56,676 nucleotides of DNA from positions 1-56,676 of IMG/VR virus record IMGVR_UViG_3300031760_000087; one strand, written 5' to 3'. The first letter of the stretch is position 1. Every line of letters begins with the position of its first letter. This document shows positions 45,950-53,563 of the stretch, piece by piece. Origin of the DNA: a virus. The translations under genes and the position numbers were made by a program. A model generated the notes under the pieces. That model saw nothing but the letters and a program-made list of their open reading frames with translations. It made no database searches and was not told the origin of the DNA.

Positions 45950-46228
45950 ATGAGTATTGAGGATAACAAATGGTCAGAGGAGTTATTGGATGACCATTTC
46001 GGTGAGATGAGAATACTCTTGACCGAAACTTGTGAAAATTTTGTGAAGACTGATTGGTTTGAGAAATACAGAAAATTGGCTACTGATAATGTTCAATCAT
46101 TTGAGATTATGGAAGATGAGGTTCAAAGACTACACAAGTGTATCTTGTTGCACGATGCACTTGTTAGGATACCATCCGAGGAATTATTAGAGTTGATTGA
46201 GAAACACGATATAGAATATGAGGAGTGA
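45950..46228 (+). CDS. hypothetical protein (92 aa)
   Basis: ORF track. Confidence 0.55.
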   Translation: MSIEDNKWSEELLDDHFGEMRILLTETCENFVKTDWFEKYRKLATDNVQSFEIMEDEVQRLHKCILLHDALVRIPSEELLELIEKHDIEYEE

Positions 46229-46234
46229 GTAAGT

Positions 46235-46456
46235 ATGAGTGATGAGAATAATGACCATCCTTGTTTTGAATGTGCTAGAAAAGGTGAGGGAGGTGCGACT
46301 TATGATTTCCCCCACCCTGCAGTAAAATGCATCGTTGATAATCACAGAAGCTTGGATATCCTAGGTGATTTAAAAACTTGTCTTGATGGATTATACAAAG
46401 AATGCCCAAAGAACAAGGAGGAAAGTGACATTGACAGAGGATATGATGATGGGTGA
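46235..46456 (+). CDS. hypothetical protein (73 aa)
   Basis: ORF track. Confidence 0.5.
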   Translation: MSDENNDHPCFECARKGEGGATYDFPHPAVKCIVDNHRSLDILGDLKTCLDGLYKECPKNKEESDIDRGYDDG

Positions 46457-46775
46457 GAGGGATCTTGAAGCCGAACTTCAGGAGAAAGATGAGATTATTA
46501 TGAGTCTTCGCCTCAACGAACACTTACTCAAGGACAAGGTTGAAATCTCTAGGAGGAATATGAGTAAGCAGTTGGAGAGGATAACTGCTCTTGAAAAAGA
46601 GAATGAGAAGTTGTCAAAGCAGTTGGAGGATTGTAAGGATTATAATGCAATATTGTATAGGAATTGTATGCAAAAGGATAAGAGGTGGTTGAAGAGGGTT
46701 GAAAAGTTGGATGAGGAACTTGAGGAGTACATTAAGGAAAATGCAAGGTTAAGGGAGATGCATATTAATGATTGA
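46443..46775 (+). CDS. coiled-coil protein (start taken at ATG 46443, overlapping the upstream gene end)
   Basis: In-frame part of track ORF 46383-46775. Heptad-rich E/K/L sequence. Confidence 0.5.
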   Translation: MMMGERDLEAELQEKDEIIMSLRLNEHLLKDKVEISRRNMSKQLERITALEKENEKLSKQLEDCKDYNAILYRNCMQKDKRWLKRVEKLDEELEEYIKENARLREMHIND

Positions 46776-46893
46776 AATTTTCTTTTTATGTGTTAGTAGT
46801 TTTACACTAGGATTTTTTCTTATGGATACTATATGGATTTACAAGATTCATAAATGGATAAAAGAGAATGAAATTGAGGTAGTTGAGAAATGA
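46768..46893 (+). CDS. small membrane protein (41 aa; not in ORF track)
   Basis: Hand translation gives MIEIFFLCVSSFTLGFFLMDTIWIYKIHKWIKENEIEVVEK. Overlapping start/stop. Confidence 0.35.
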   Translation: MIEIFFLCVSSFTLGFFLMDTIWIYKIHKWIKENEIEVVEK

Positions 46894-46964
46894 TTTCATT
46901 ATTCAGCATAGCAGTTATAATCATACTGTTTTTCCTTGTACTGTTCCTAGTGAGCTTGAAATAG
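46890..46964 (+). CDS. very small hydrophobic peptide (24 aa; not in ORF track)
   Basis: Hand translation gives MISLFSIAVIIILFFLVLFLVSLK. ATGA overlap with the upstream stop. Confidence 0.3.
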   Translation: MISLFSIAVIIILFFLVLFLVSLK

Positions 46965-46979
46965 TTATGAGGGAGTAGT

Positions 46980-47306
46980 ATGAGGATTGATAAGATTAAT
47001 GGCAAGTTATGGGATAATTATCTCATAACTTGCAACCAAATGAGGGATGGTATGAGGATTGATAAGGTAAGTGGTCGGTTATGGGAATGGTACATAGTGA
47101 CTTGCAATCATTGTGGAGCGAAGATTAAGAAACCAGTATGGTGGTTGAAGCTATTATTCATCTTCAAGAGTAAACTATACTTCACTTGCAATGAGTGTCA
47201 CAGTACAAGTTGCTACATCAACTTTTTCCGACTGATCCACGATACAACCGATGAGCAGGAGAAATTAATGAATAAATATCCCAAATGGGATAAGAGGATA
47301 AGATGA
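46980..47306 (+). CDS. Cys-containing protein with duplicated N-terminal module (108 aa)
   Basis: MRIDKINGKLWDNYLITCN and MRIDKVSGRLWEWYIVTCN are 72 nt apart. Then CNHCGA ... CNECHSTSC. Confidence 0.55.
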   Translation: MRIDKINGKLWDNYLITCNQMRDGMRIDKVSGRLWEWYIVTCNHCGAKIKKPVWWLKLLFIFKSKLYFTCNECHSTSCYINFFRLIHDTTDEQEKLMNKYPKWDKRIR

Positions 47307-47998
47307 GAGTTTGGATTGACACGAGAGAAAAACAGAGGGGTGTCAGGGCAAAGAAGTTTTACAAGCAACATAACTTCAAGGTTGAGGTCAAGCACCTTGA
47401 TGTGGCAGATTATGTCTTTGATGGTAAGGTTGCATTTGAGTATAAGACTGTGGCTGATTTTATGCATAGTTTGACTGATGAGAATAATTCCTTATTCGAG
47501 GAAGTTGCTAATCAAGGTTACGAGTATCGTAACAAGGGCAAGTATTCTTACATTGTGATAGTTGGTAAGCTTGTACCAACATTGAAAAGATTAAGCAAAT
47601 ACAGTAGAAGTAAGAATTATGTCGCAAATAGTATTGCCCAATATAATGGAGCGATACGAACCCTCCGAAAAATCACGAATGGGATAATCCTCTGCGATAC
47701 CGAAGAGGAAGCCCTAGAAGAGATGTATCTTCAAGCAAGAAGTTGTCTGAAATTGAATAAGTATGGGGGTACTGGTAGAAGATTGAAGATTGACAGATTA
47801 ACAGCAGTAGATGTACTATTAACAAGTGTGAAGAATATTGGCTTGAAAACCAGTAACAATATTGTCAAACAGTTAAAAATCAAGAATGTTCAAGACTTAC
47901 TGGATTGTACAATAACTGACTTTGAGTCTGTTAACCGAGTCAATCTGAAGAAAGCAAGAGAGATTCATAAATTTTTGCATAAGGGAGAGAAACGATAA
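47303..47998 (+). CDS. ERCC4 / XPF-Mus81-type structure-specific nuclease with C-terminal helix-hairpin-helix
   Basis: WIDTREK ... VADYVF ... VAFEYKTVADFMHS matches the GDY...ERK..D-like ERCC4 core. The HhH-like segment is LLTSVKNIGLKTSNNIVKQL. Confidence 0.6.
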   Translation: MRVWIDTREKQRGVRAKKFYKQHNFKVEVKHLDVADYVFDGKVAFEYKTVADFMHSLTDENNSLFEEVANQGYEYRNKGKYSYIVIVGKLVPTLKRLSKYSRSKNYVANSIAQYNGAIRTLRKITNGIILCDTEEEALEEMYLQARSCLKLNKYGGTGRRLKIDRLTAVDVLLTSVKNIGLKTSNNIVKQLKIKNVQDLLDCTITDFESVNRVNLKKAREIHKFLHKGEKR

Positions 47999-47999
47999 A

Positions 48000-48155
48000 A
48001 TGGATTTGGAAACCAAATGTTTTATTCAGGATGTACAGATAGTAGAACTGCAGGAACAGTTAACTCAATGCAGAGCAGAGAATGACAGACTAAAATCAAA
48101 ACTCAAAAGAGTTCAAGATGTGCTTAATGATAAGAGGGTTATTTATGAAGATTGA
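48000..48155 (+). CDS. small coiled-coil protein (51 aa; not in ORF track)
   Basis: Hand translation gives MDLETKCFIQDVQIVELQEQLTQCRAENDRLKSKLKRVQDVLNDKRVIYED. Confidence 0.4.
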   Translation: MDLETKCFIQDVQIVELQEQLTQCRAENDRLKSKLKRVQDVLNDKRVIYED

Positions 48156-48543
48156 GTATATTGATAAGGAGGATGTCCTCAAAATACTGCGAGATAAGGT
48201 TAAGGAAACCAGTAGTGTTGCGATGAAGTGGCAATTAAATCACATCATTCGTAAAGTAAATGAAACACCCACTTTTTTATACGATAATAATCTTGTGTCA
48301 TCTACACTAAAAGACACAGATTCCAGTAACAACACCACATTACCAAGTTACTATGGGGATACGATGGACTTGCTAACTGCTTGTGAAAAAGGACTAGTAC
48401 CACGAGAAAAACTAATCCACTTCTGTGAATTGAACATCATCAAATATGTCTTAAGATACAAGCAAAAAGGGGGTTGTCAAGACTTGGAAAAAGCAAGAAC
48501 ATATCTTGAGAAGTTGATAACCTATGAAAATCACGAGAAGTAG
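48145..48543 (+). CDS. DUF3310-like phage protein (start at ATG 48145)
   Basis: C-terminal FCELNIIKYVLRYKQKGGCQDLEKARTYLEKLI resembles the N..KY..R...K....DL.KA..YL signature recalled for DUF3310. Confidence 0.5.
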   Translation: MKIEYIDKEDVLKILRDKVKETSSVAMKWQLNHIIRKVNETPTFLYDNNLVSSTLKDTDSSNNTTLPSYYGDTMDLLTACEKGLVPREKLIHFCELNIIKYVLRYKQKGGCQDLEKARTYLEKLITYENHEK

Positions 48544-48964
48544 CAGATTAATAGTAAATGAGAACAGCCTGACAATCACCATACCCACCGAATGCAAACG
48601 ATGTCATAACCTCTTCTATCCCATCGTAAATAATCAAAAATACTGTAGCCCCCATTGTAGCCACCAAGCAAGACTAGAATGGAGGCAACAAAGACACAAA
48701 AAACTGAATGGAAAAAGGATTCCAAAGAAATGCGAGTACTGTGGAAAACGATTCATAAGTGATAGAAGTAATCGAAAATATTGCAGCCCTGAATGTTCAA
48801 GTAAAGCTCATCAGGATCAGAAAAATAAATGGTGGTTTGAGAATTATGAGGACAATCGATTACCCTTGGGAGAATCAAACTTATCAGAGCATCGGTATGA
48901 GGATTTCGAGCGAGAATTTTGGGCAGTCAGGAACGAGAAAAGAAGACTACTAGGCAGGAGATAA
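48524..48964 (+). CDS. zinc-ribbon protein with duplicated KYCSP.CS motif
   Basis: CKRCHN..., QKYCSPHCSHQARLEWRQ and CEYCGKRF...RKYCSPECSSKAHQDQK. Confidence 0.55.
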   Translation: MKITRSSRLIVNENSLTITIPTECKRCHNLFYPIVNNQKYCSPHCSHQARLEWRQQRHKKLNGKRIPKKCEYCGKRFISDRSNRKYCSPECSSKAHQDQKNKWWFENYEDNRLPLGESNLSEHRYEDFEREFWAVRNEKRRLLGRR

Positions 48965-48969
48965 AAATT

Positions 48970-49248
48970 ATGAAAGTGGAAGACCTGATAAAATCCCTAA
49001 CAAACTATAATCCAAAAGCCGAAATCGGAATCTCAATAGATGGATACTACGAATCAGAATTATACATTTCCCATATCTGCAAAGACACAGATGGGAAAGA
49101 ACTAACCCCACAAACCACCAAGCAAGTGTGGATAGAGGGAATGGATTTCTGCAAGGATTGTGAATTCCTATCAAGTGATTATTGTTTGGCTTATGGTTGC
49201 GATGTCGATGATGTAAACGAATGCTATCAATTCAAGGAGATAGAATAG
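48970..49248 (+). CDS. hypothetical Cys-rich protein (92 aa from ATG 48970)
   Basis: In-frame part of track ORF 48919-49248. The N-terminal KVEDLIKSLTNYNP motif is shared with 52079-52234 and 54510. Confidence 0.5.
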   Translation: MKVEDLIKSLTNYNPKAEIGISIDGYYESELYISHICKDTDGKELTPQTTKQVWIEGMDFCKDCEFLSSDYCLAYGCDVDDVNECYQFKEIE

Positions 49249-49249
49249 G

Positions 49250-49444
49250 ATGAGGGATGTGGAAGTAATCGGAGGAATCGGAGAAAAAAACAGTAACAAT
49301 AATACTCAATGGAAATTCCAAAACCGAATATACAATCCCCAAGGATTAAGCCCAAGCCTAACCACACTAGGCAGAGGCTACCTAACAATAATAGAGAGAG
49401 AGAGAGAGAGCAATGGAAGAAATAAAGTACTTATCATTATTTAG
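49250..49444 (+). pseudogene. stand-alone C5-methyltransferase target-recognition-like fragment ending in (AG)9
   Basis: VEVIGGIGEKNSNNNTQWKFQNRIYNPQGLSPSLTTLGRGYLTII resembles the v.vig...rvY...G.sPtLt..g segment of small C5-MTases. No catalytic motifs are attached. Confidence 0.45.
49393..49410. repeat. (AG)9 dinucleotide tract, 2 nt upstream of the methyltransferase ATG
   Basis: Counted directly. Confidence 0.95.
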
Positions 49445-50006
49445 TGGAATAGGAGGATTCGAGTATGGAATACAAAAAGCAAACACAAATTACAATTTCA
49501 AATGCATAGGATTTTCGGAGATAGATAAATATGCAACACAAATCTACAAAAAACACTATCCAAACCACCCTGAACTTGGGGATGTCACAAAAATCAACAC
49601 CGAAGACTTACCTGACTTTGACCTCTTGGTTGGAGGATTCCCTTGTCAAGCATTTTCTATTGCAGGACAGAGAAGAGGGTTTGATGACTGCCGAGGAACA
49701 TTATTCTTTGAAATCGCTAGGATTCTCAAAGACAAAAGACCCCGATATTTTCTACTTGAAAATGTTCGAGGTTTATTATCTCACAACAAGGGAGAAACTT
49801 TCCAGAGAATACTTGAAGTTCTCTCCGACTTGGGGTATAATGTTAAATGGCAGGTACTTAATAGCAAGGACTTCGGTGTTCCACAGAGGAGAGAGAGAGT
49901 GTTCATTAAAGGATATTTTGGAGAGGAATGTGGAGGAGAAGTATTACTTGTCGGAGGAGGCGAGTCGGAAGTTGATGTGGGATTAGGGAAGCCCAGTAGA
50001 GGATAA
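49413..50006 (+). CDS. dcm: DNA (cytosine-5) methyltransferase, N-terminal catalytic half (motifs I-VIII)
   Basis: Motifs FSGIGGF (I), GGFPCQAFSIAG (IV), ENVRGL (VI) and PQRRERVFI (VIII). The ORF ends without a TRD or motifs IX-X. Confidence 0.8.
   Translation: MEEIKYLSLFSGIGGFEYGIQKANTNYNFKCIGFSEIDKYATQIYKKHYPNHPELGDVTKINTEDLPDFDLLVGGFPCQAFSIAGQRRGFDDCRGTLFFEIARILKDKRPRYFLLENVRGLLSHNKGETFQRILEVLSDLGYNVKWQVLNSKDFGVPQRRERVFIKGYFGEECGGEVLLVGGGESEVDVGLGKPSRG
49885..49899. repeat. AGAG-(GA)5-G tract inside the motif VIII codons
   Basis: Counted directly. One extra GA unit would join the upstream frame to the SLKDILERNVEEKYYLSEEA frame. Confidence 0.9.
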
Positions 50007-50088
50007 GATTTTTTGCTATAACCCTAAAAGGAAACAAGCACAAAAGGTTTACAGTATTGATGGAACTAGTGTTTGTTTAAGTAGTGGA

Positions 50089-50099
50089 GGGGGGGGGGG
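50089..50099. repeat. G11 homopolymer at a frame break
   Basis: Counted directly. Confidence 0.95.
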
Positions 50100-50206
50100 C
50101 AAGGGGGAAAAACTGGACTATATTTGGTGAAGAGAGAATGATAAATCGTGAACGAGTGGAAAAGTATTTCAAGCGAGTGGATAATGGATTGTATGTCACA
50201 ATTGAT

Positions 50207-50216
50207 AGAGAGAGAG
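50207..50216. repeat. (AG)5 tract at the frame break in duplication copy 1
   Basis: Counted directly. Confidence 0.9.
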
Positions 50217-50294
50217 CCTTTATGCATTGACTAGTCATACTCCACAAGTAGGATTCAGAAAACGATTAAGGAATTATGTACTGGAGATTGATGA

Positions 50295-50843
50295 ATGAAT
50301 TGGGAAAGAGTAGATAAATACTTCACAAGAGTCGGCAAGGATTGGTATGCCAGTTTAACAGAGAGAGAGAGAGTTTGTTATGCAGTAACAACACACATCG
50401 GCAGACAAAATAGTTTGGAGAAAAGAAGAGATACCTATGTTCTAGAGGTGAACGAAATGAAAGAAAAGGATGATGATTTTATTAAGCTCCGAGAAACCAC
50501 AAGCAAGGGTTACAAGGAAACCTACCCTTACGATGGAGTAGAGTTAAGCAGGAAAGGGTGTACTGTCAGAAGAGGAGTTAGCCACAATGGAATGACTGGG
50601 GCTTTGAACACTAGCGATGGCAGTTGGGGAACAATAAGCCCTGATTATCGGATAAGGAAACTGACTCCAACAGAGTGTGAAAGGTTGCAAGGATTCCCTG
50701 ATGGTTGGACAGAGTTTGGTGCAGATGGATCAAAGATAAGTGATACTCAAAGGTATAAGTGTTTAGGGAATGCAGTTACTACTAATGTTATTACTTGGAT
50801 TGTAGATAATTGGGATTTTAAGGTGGATAGTGATGGAGAATGA
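50295..50843 (+). CDS. dcm: DNA (cytosine-5) methyltransferase, C-terminal half (motif VIII-like start, TRD, motifs IX-X)
   Basis: TERERVCYAV, then the TRD-like SKGYKETYPYDGVELSRKGCTVRRGVSHNGMTGALNT, then RKLTPTECERLQGFPDGW (IX) and LGNAVTTNV (X). Confidence 0.75.
   Translation: MNWERVDKYFTRVGKDWYASLTERERVCYAVTTHIGRQNSLEKRRDTYVLEVNEMKEKDDDFIKLRETTSKGYKETYPYDGVELSRKGCTVRRGVSHNGMTGALNTSDGSWGTISPDYRIRKLTPTECERLQGFPDGWTEFGADGSKISDTQRYKCLGNAVTTNVITWIVDNWDFKVDSDGE
50360..50373. repeat. (AG)7 tract inside the C-terminal methyltransferase ORF (codons ERER)
   Basis: Counted directly. Confidence 0.9.
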
Positions 50844-51588
50844 ATTTTCGATAAATAATAAAGCTTTGCATATTTATTGCCTATCTGATGCTCATTTAGG
50901 TAGTAATGTGTTTAATCGTGAGTACTGGGAGTATGCTTTATCTGTTTTTAAAAAGGATAAGCATAACAAGGTACTTTATCTTAATGGGGATTTACTTGAG
51001 GTATCAAGCAAATCTGTTGGGGATAGTGTTTTCAATCAAGAGATGGATGTCAATGAACAGATTAATCAGATGGTTGAATACCTAGAACCACACAAGCAAT
51101 ACATCAGAGGACTAACAAGTGGAAACCACGATAGTATGAGAACAAAGAAAGATTTTAACCTTGATACTGCCAAGGTTATTGCAGATATGTTGGATGTTCC
51201 ATACAATAATAGTATTTATGATACCCTGCTAGTGAATGATAAGAAGTTGAGCATCTACCTTGCCCACGGTAAGGGTAGCAGTAAACTACAACATTTAGCA
51301 TTAGGTAAGATACAAAGGGATATGAGCTTCATAGAGGCTGATATCAATTTTATGGGGCATTTGCATAGGTGTGGTAGTATTGAACAAGTCTACTATCAAC
51401 CAAATAAGGGATACTATCGCCGACTCTTCTGCCTTACTGGTCACTTCTTACGATACGAGAACAGTTATGCAAGTAATATGCTACTCTCACCAAGCCCAGA
51501 GGCATTCTTACGAGTAGAAGTGGACAAGGATTTGAATAAGAATGTGACAATGTATGAATCTGACAAAATAGATTGGAGAGGTGAATGA
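50830..51588 (+). CDS. calcineurin-like metallophosphoesterase (possibly an Mre11/SbcD-like nuclease)
   Basis: Motifs LSDAHLGS, LNGDLLE, GNHDS and GHLH appear in canonical order. Confidence 0.7.
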   Translation: MMENEFSINNKALHIYCLSDAHLGSNVFNREYWEYALSVFKKDKHNKVLYLNGDLLEVSSKSVGDSVFNQEMDVNEQINQMVEYLEPHKQYIRGLTSGNHDSMRTKKDFNLDTAKVIADMLDVPYNNSIYDTLLVNDKKLSIYLAHGKGSSKLQHLALGKIQRDMSFIEADINFMGHLHRCGSIEQVYYQPNKGYYRRLFCLTGHFLRYENSYASNMLLSPSPEAFLRVEVDKDLNKNVTMYESDKIDWRGE

Positions 51589-51591
51589 TTT

Positions 51592-51792
51592 ATGGGTGAA
51601 ACAATACTAGATTTACAAGACAAGATAACTGAACTGGAAAACACAATTAAAGAACTACAAGAAGAGGACAAAAGACTCTGCACAGTCATATCAAACATAA
51701 GCAAAGAAAGAGGACAACTACAAAAAACAGTACACAAACAATCAGAAATAATAGAACTCCAACAACAAATCATAGAGGTCTACCGAGAGTGA
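51592..51792 (+). CDS. small coiled-coil protein (66 aa)
   Basis: ORF track. Confidence 0.5.
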   Translation: MGETILDLQDKITELENTIKELQEEDKRLCTVISNISKERGQLQKTVHKQSEIIELQQQIIEVYRE

Positions 51793-51798
51793 ATAGAA

Positions 51799-52089
51799 TT
51801 GCAACTAATTAAAGCAGTACTGGATGCAGTTATCACACAAGGGATAAAAGTCAGTAGCATAGATGATGTACCAATCAACATCTACCTGCTAGATGACACC
51901 ATCTACCCCCTATCCTTTATCCTAGATGAAACCGATGACCTGCTCACAATAGCAGTAACCGACCCTGATGGATTTGAACGAGCCAAAATAATACCCAAAG
52001 AAAACCTATCCAGTATCGAAATAATCTACCAACAAGACCTAGAACCACCAACCGAAGACAATACCACAAATGAGGTGATGTACAATTAA
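51799..52089 (+). CDS. hypothetical protein (96 aa, TTG start)
   Basis: ORF track. Confidence 0.5.
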   Translation: MQLIKAVLDAVITQGIKVSSIDDVPINIYLLDDTIYPLSFILDETDDLLTIAVTDPDGFERAKIIPKENLSSIEIIYQQDLEPPTEDNTTNEVMYN

Positions 52090-52342
52090 AGCAGATGAAC
52101 TATTAAAAATATTGCAAAACATTCCCAACCCACAAGACTACACCCTCATCCTCTTCAACGAAGCGAATGGTGACTACGAAGAAGTCATCAGCATAATAAC
52201 CGACCACAAAGAGGGGATCATACATATCCAATAAAAAAGAGGGAATTATACAATGAAAATATCATTATATAAATTAGTACCAAAAATAAGTTCAAAACAA
52301 GAAGCTGGGAAGAGTCAGAATGGAAATAGGAACTGATAACAT

Positions 52343-52936
52343 ATGAAAAATGATAAACAAGGTGTTTATGCAAATATTGGCTCATCAAGTCATAGTAAAA
52401 GAGAAAGAACCACTAATGACTATTATGCAACAAGCCCACAAGCCATAACCCTCCTCCACAAACACCACCTACTAGACAAAAACACCCCATACTGGGAATG
52501 TGCAGTAGGGGAGGGGAATTTAAGCAAAGAATTGAAAAGATTAGGATACGATGTGGAACTAGAAACTGATTTATATGATTATGGATATCCTGAAGCTACT
52601 ACTGGAATAGACTTCTTAAAATGCAAAAGAAAATTCGAGGGAAACATCATCACCAACCCACCATACAACCAGATCAATAAATGGATACCACACCAAAACC
52701 AATTAGCAACCCACAAATCCTACATCTTCGCAAGAATACAAACCATAGAAACCATCAAAAGATACGAGAACATCTTCAAAAAAGACCCACCAATACTAAT
52801 ATGCCCATTCGTGAAAAGGATAAAATGCTACCCAAATAATAAGGACACTATTAAAAGTAGTGCAATCTGTTATGCTTGGTTCATATGGGATAATCAGGTG
52901 GATAATAATGAAACTATTGTGAAGTGGCTGATATGA
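52343..52936 (+). CDS. DNA amino-methyltransferase (N6-adenine or N4-cytosine), NPPY type
   Basis: SAM-binding-like ECAVGEGNL and the catalytic GNIITNPPYN. Confidence 0.7.
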   Translation: MKNDKQGVYANIGSSSHSKRERTTNDYYATSPQAITLLHKHHLLDKNTPYWECAVGEGNLSKELKRLGYDVELETDLYDYGYPEATTGIDFLKCKRKFEGNIITNPPYNQINKWIPHQNQLATHKSYIFARIQTIETIKRYENIFKKDPPILICPFVKRIKCYPNNKDTIKSSAICYAWFIWDNQVDNNETIVKWLI

Positions 52937-53091
52937 CAAGAGTAAAACTAACATTCAATATCATATTCGATACTGATGCCAATGACTTGGATAATATGGG
53001 GGAGGAGTTAGCCATCTTCCTCCAAGAAACATTCCATAATGGCGAGGATACTTTGGGGGTTGAGTATGTGGAATCAGAAATAATCCCTTAA
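52933..53091 (+). CDS. small acidic protein (52 aa; not in ORF track)
   Basis: ATGA overlap with the MTase stop. Hand translation gives MTRVKLTFNIIFDTDANDLDNMGEELAIFLQETFHNGEDTLGVEYVESEIIP. Confidence 0.4.
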   Translation: MTRVKLTFNIIFDTDANDLDNMGEELAIFLQETFHNGEDTLGVEYVESEIIP

Positions 53092-53110
53092 TTTTTTCTC
53101 TTTTTTTTTC
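53092..53110 (+). terminator. oligo-T termination signal (TTTTTTCTCTTTTTTTTTT)
   Basis: T-runs directly after a stop codon and just before promoter copy 3. Archaeal termination uses oligo-T. Confidence 0.5.
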
Positions 53111-53117
53111 ACAATTT

Positions 53118-53200
53118 ACGAAACATTTATATAGTATGAAGTACTAACTAATATTAACTACTAATAAGTAGTACAAAATACTAAAACGAAGTGATTATTA
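53118..53200 (+). promoter_or_regulatory. Conserved promoter plus leader, copy 3 (TTTATATA, TATGAAGTACTAAC, palindrome CTACTAATAAGTAG)
   Basis: Alignable with 355-431 over the TATA box, the 13-mer, the palindrome and the AAAACGAAGTGA ribosome-site context. Confidence 0.6.
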
Positions 53201-53526
53201 TGAGTAGTGAATATTTAGATAATGTTACAGAAAAGTTTGATGATGTTTTTGATTTTATGAAAGAAGTTATTGACAATGACACTTGTAGGTCTTTCGTTGC
53301 AGGAATCGACTATGTTATTGACTGGTGGATTCAACCTACTGATGAGAGCGTTTTTGATATGGACACTCTTGTTATTAAAGGTGAGGGTTTTACCAGTTAC
53401 AGAGTTTACGATGGTTTTACTCACGATGGACTATGTTATGTTAGCATCGGATTAGCCGAGAATGGGATTTACCCATTAACTGTTGATGATGAGTATTGTA
53501 ACGAACTGTTTGGAGATACATTTTAA
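53191..53526 (+). CDS. hypothetical acidic protein (likely start ATG 53200)
   Basis: ORF track. Confidence 0.6.
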   Translation: MIIMSSEYLDNVTEKFDDVFDFMKEVIDNDTCRSFVAGIDYVIDWWIQPTDESVFDMDTLVIKGEGFTSYRVYDGFTHDGLCYVSIGLAENGIYPLTVDDEYCNELFGDTF

Positions 53527-53563
53527 ATTAATAATAAATTAAAACGAAAATGGAAGTGAGAAA

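Larger units (their letters stand above)
50007..50294 (+). pseudogene. frame-broken methyltransferase variable-region remnants (TRD-like segment, G11 run, first copy of the 157-bp duplication)
   Basis: IFCYNPKRKQAQKVYSIDGTSVCLSSGGGG runs up to G11. QGGKTGLYLVKRE follows in another frame, and NRERVEKYFKRVDNGLYVTIDRER in a third. Confidence 0.55.

Noticed and set aside
49984-49986. In-frame TAG in the methyltransferase variable region as a pyrrolysine or read-through codon
   Set aside because: TAG is used as an ordinary stop by several well-supported genes here, with stops at 3580-3582, 4387-4389 and 29577-29579. No Pyl machinery is visible.
49531-49986. Track ORF 49531-49986 as an independent gene
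   Set aside because: Most of it is an out-of-frame read through the catalytic domain. Only its last about 27 aa look methyltransferase-like, so it is interpreted as a frame fragment of the mosaic locus.
52072-52234. A programmed +1 frameshift fusing 51799-52089 to the start-less frame 52079-52234
   Set aside because: Only four codons are available between the frame-2 TGA (52076-52078) and the frame-1 stop, and none is a plausible slippery site. A TTG start at 52112 or gene decay is simpler.
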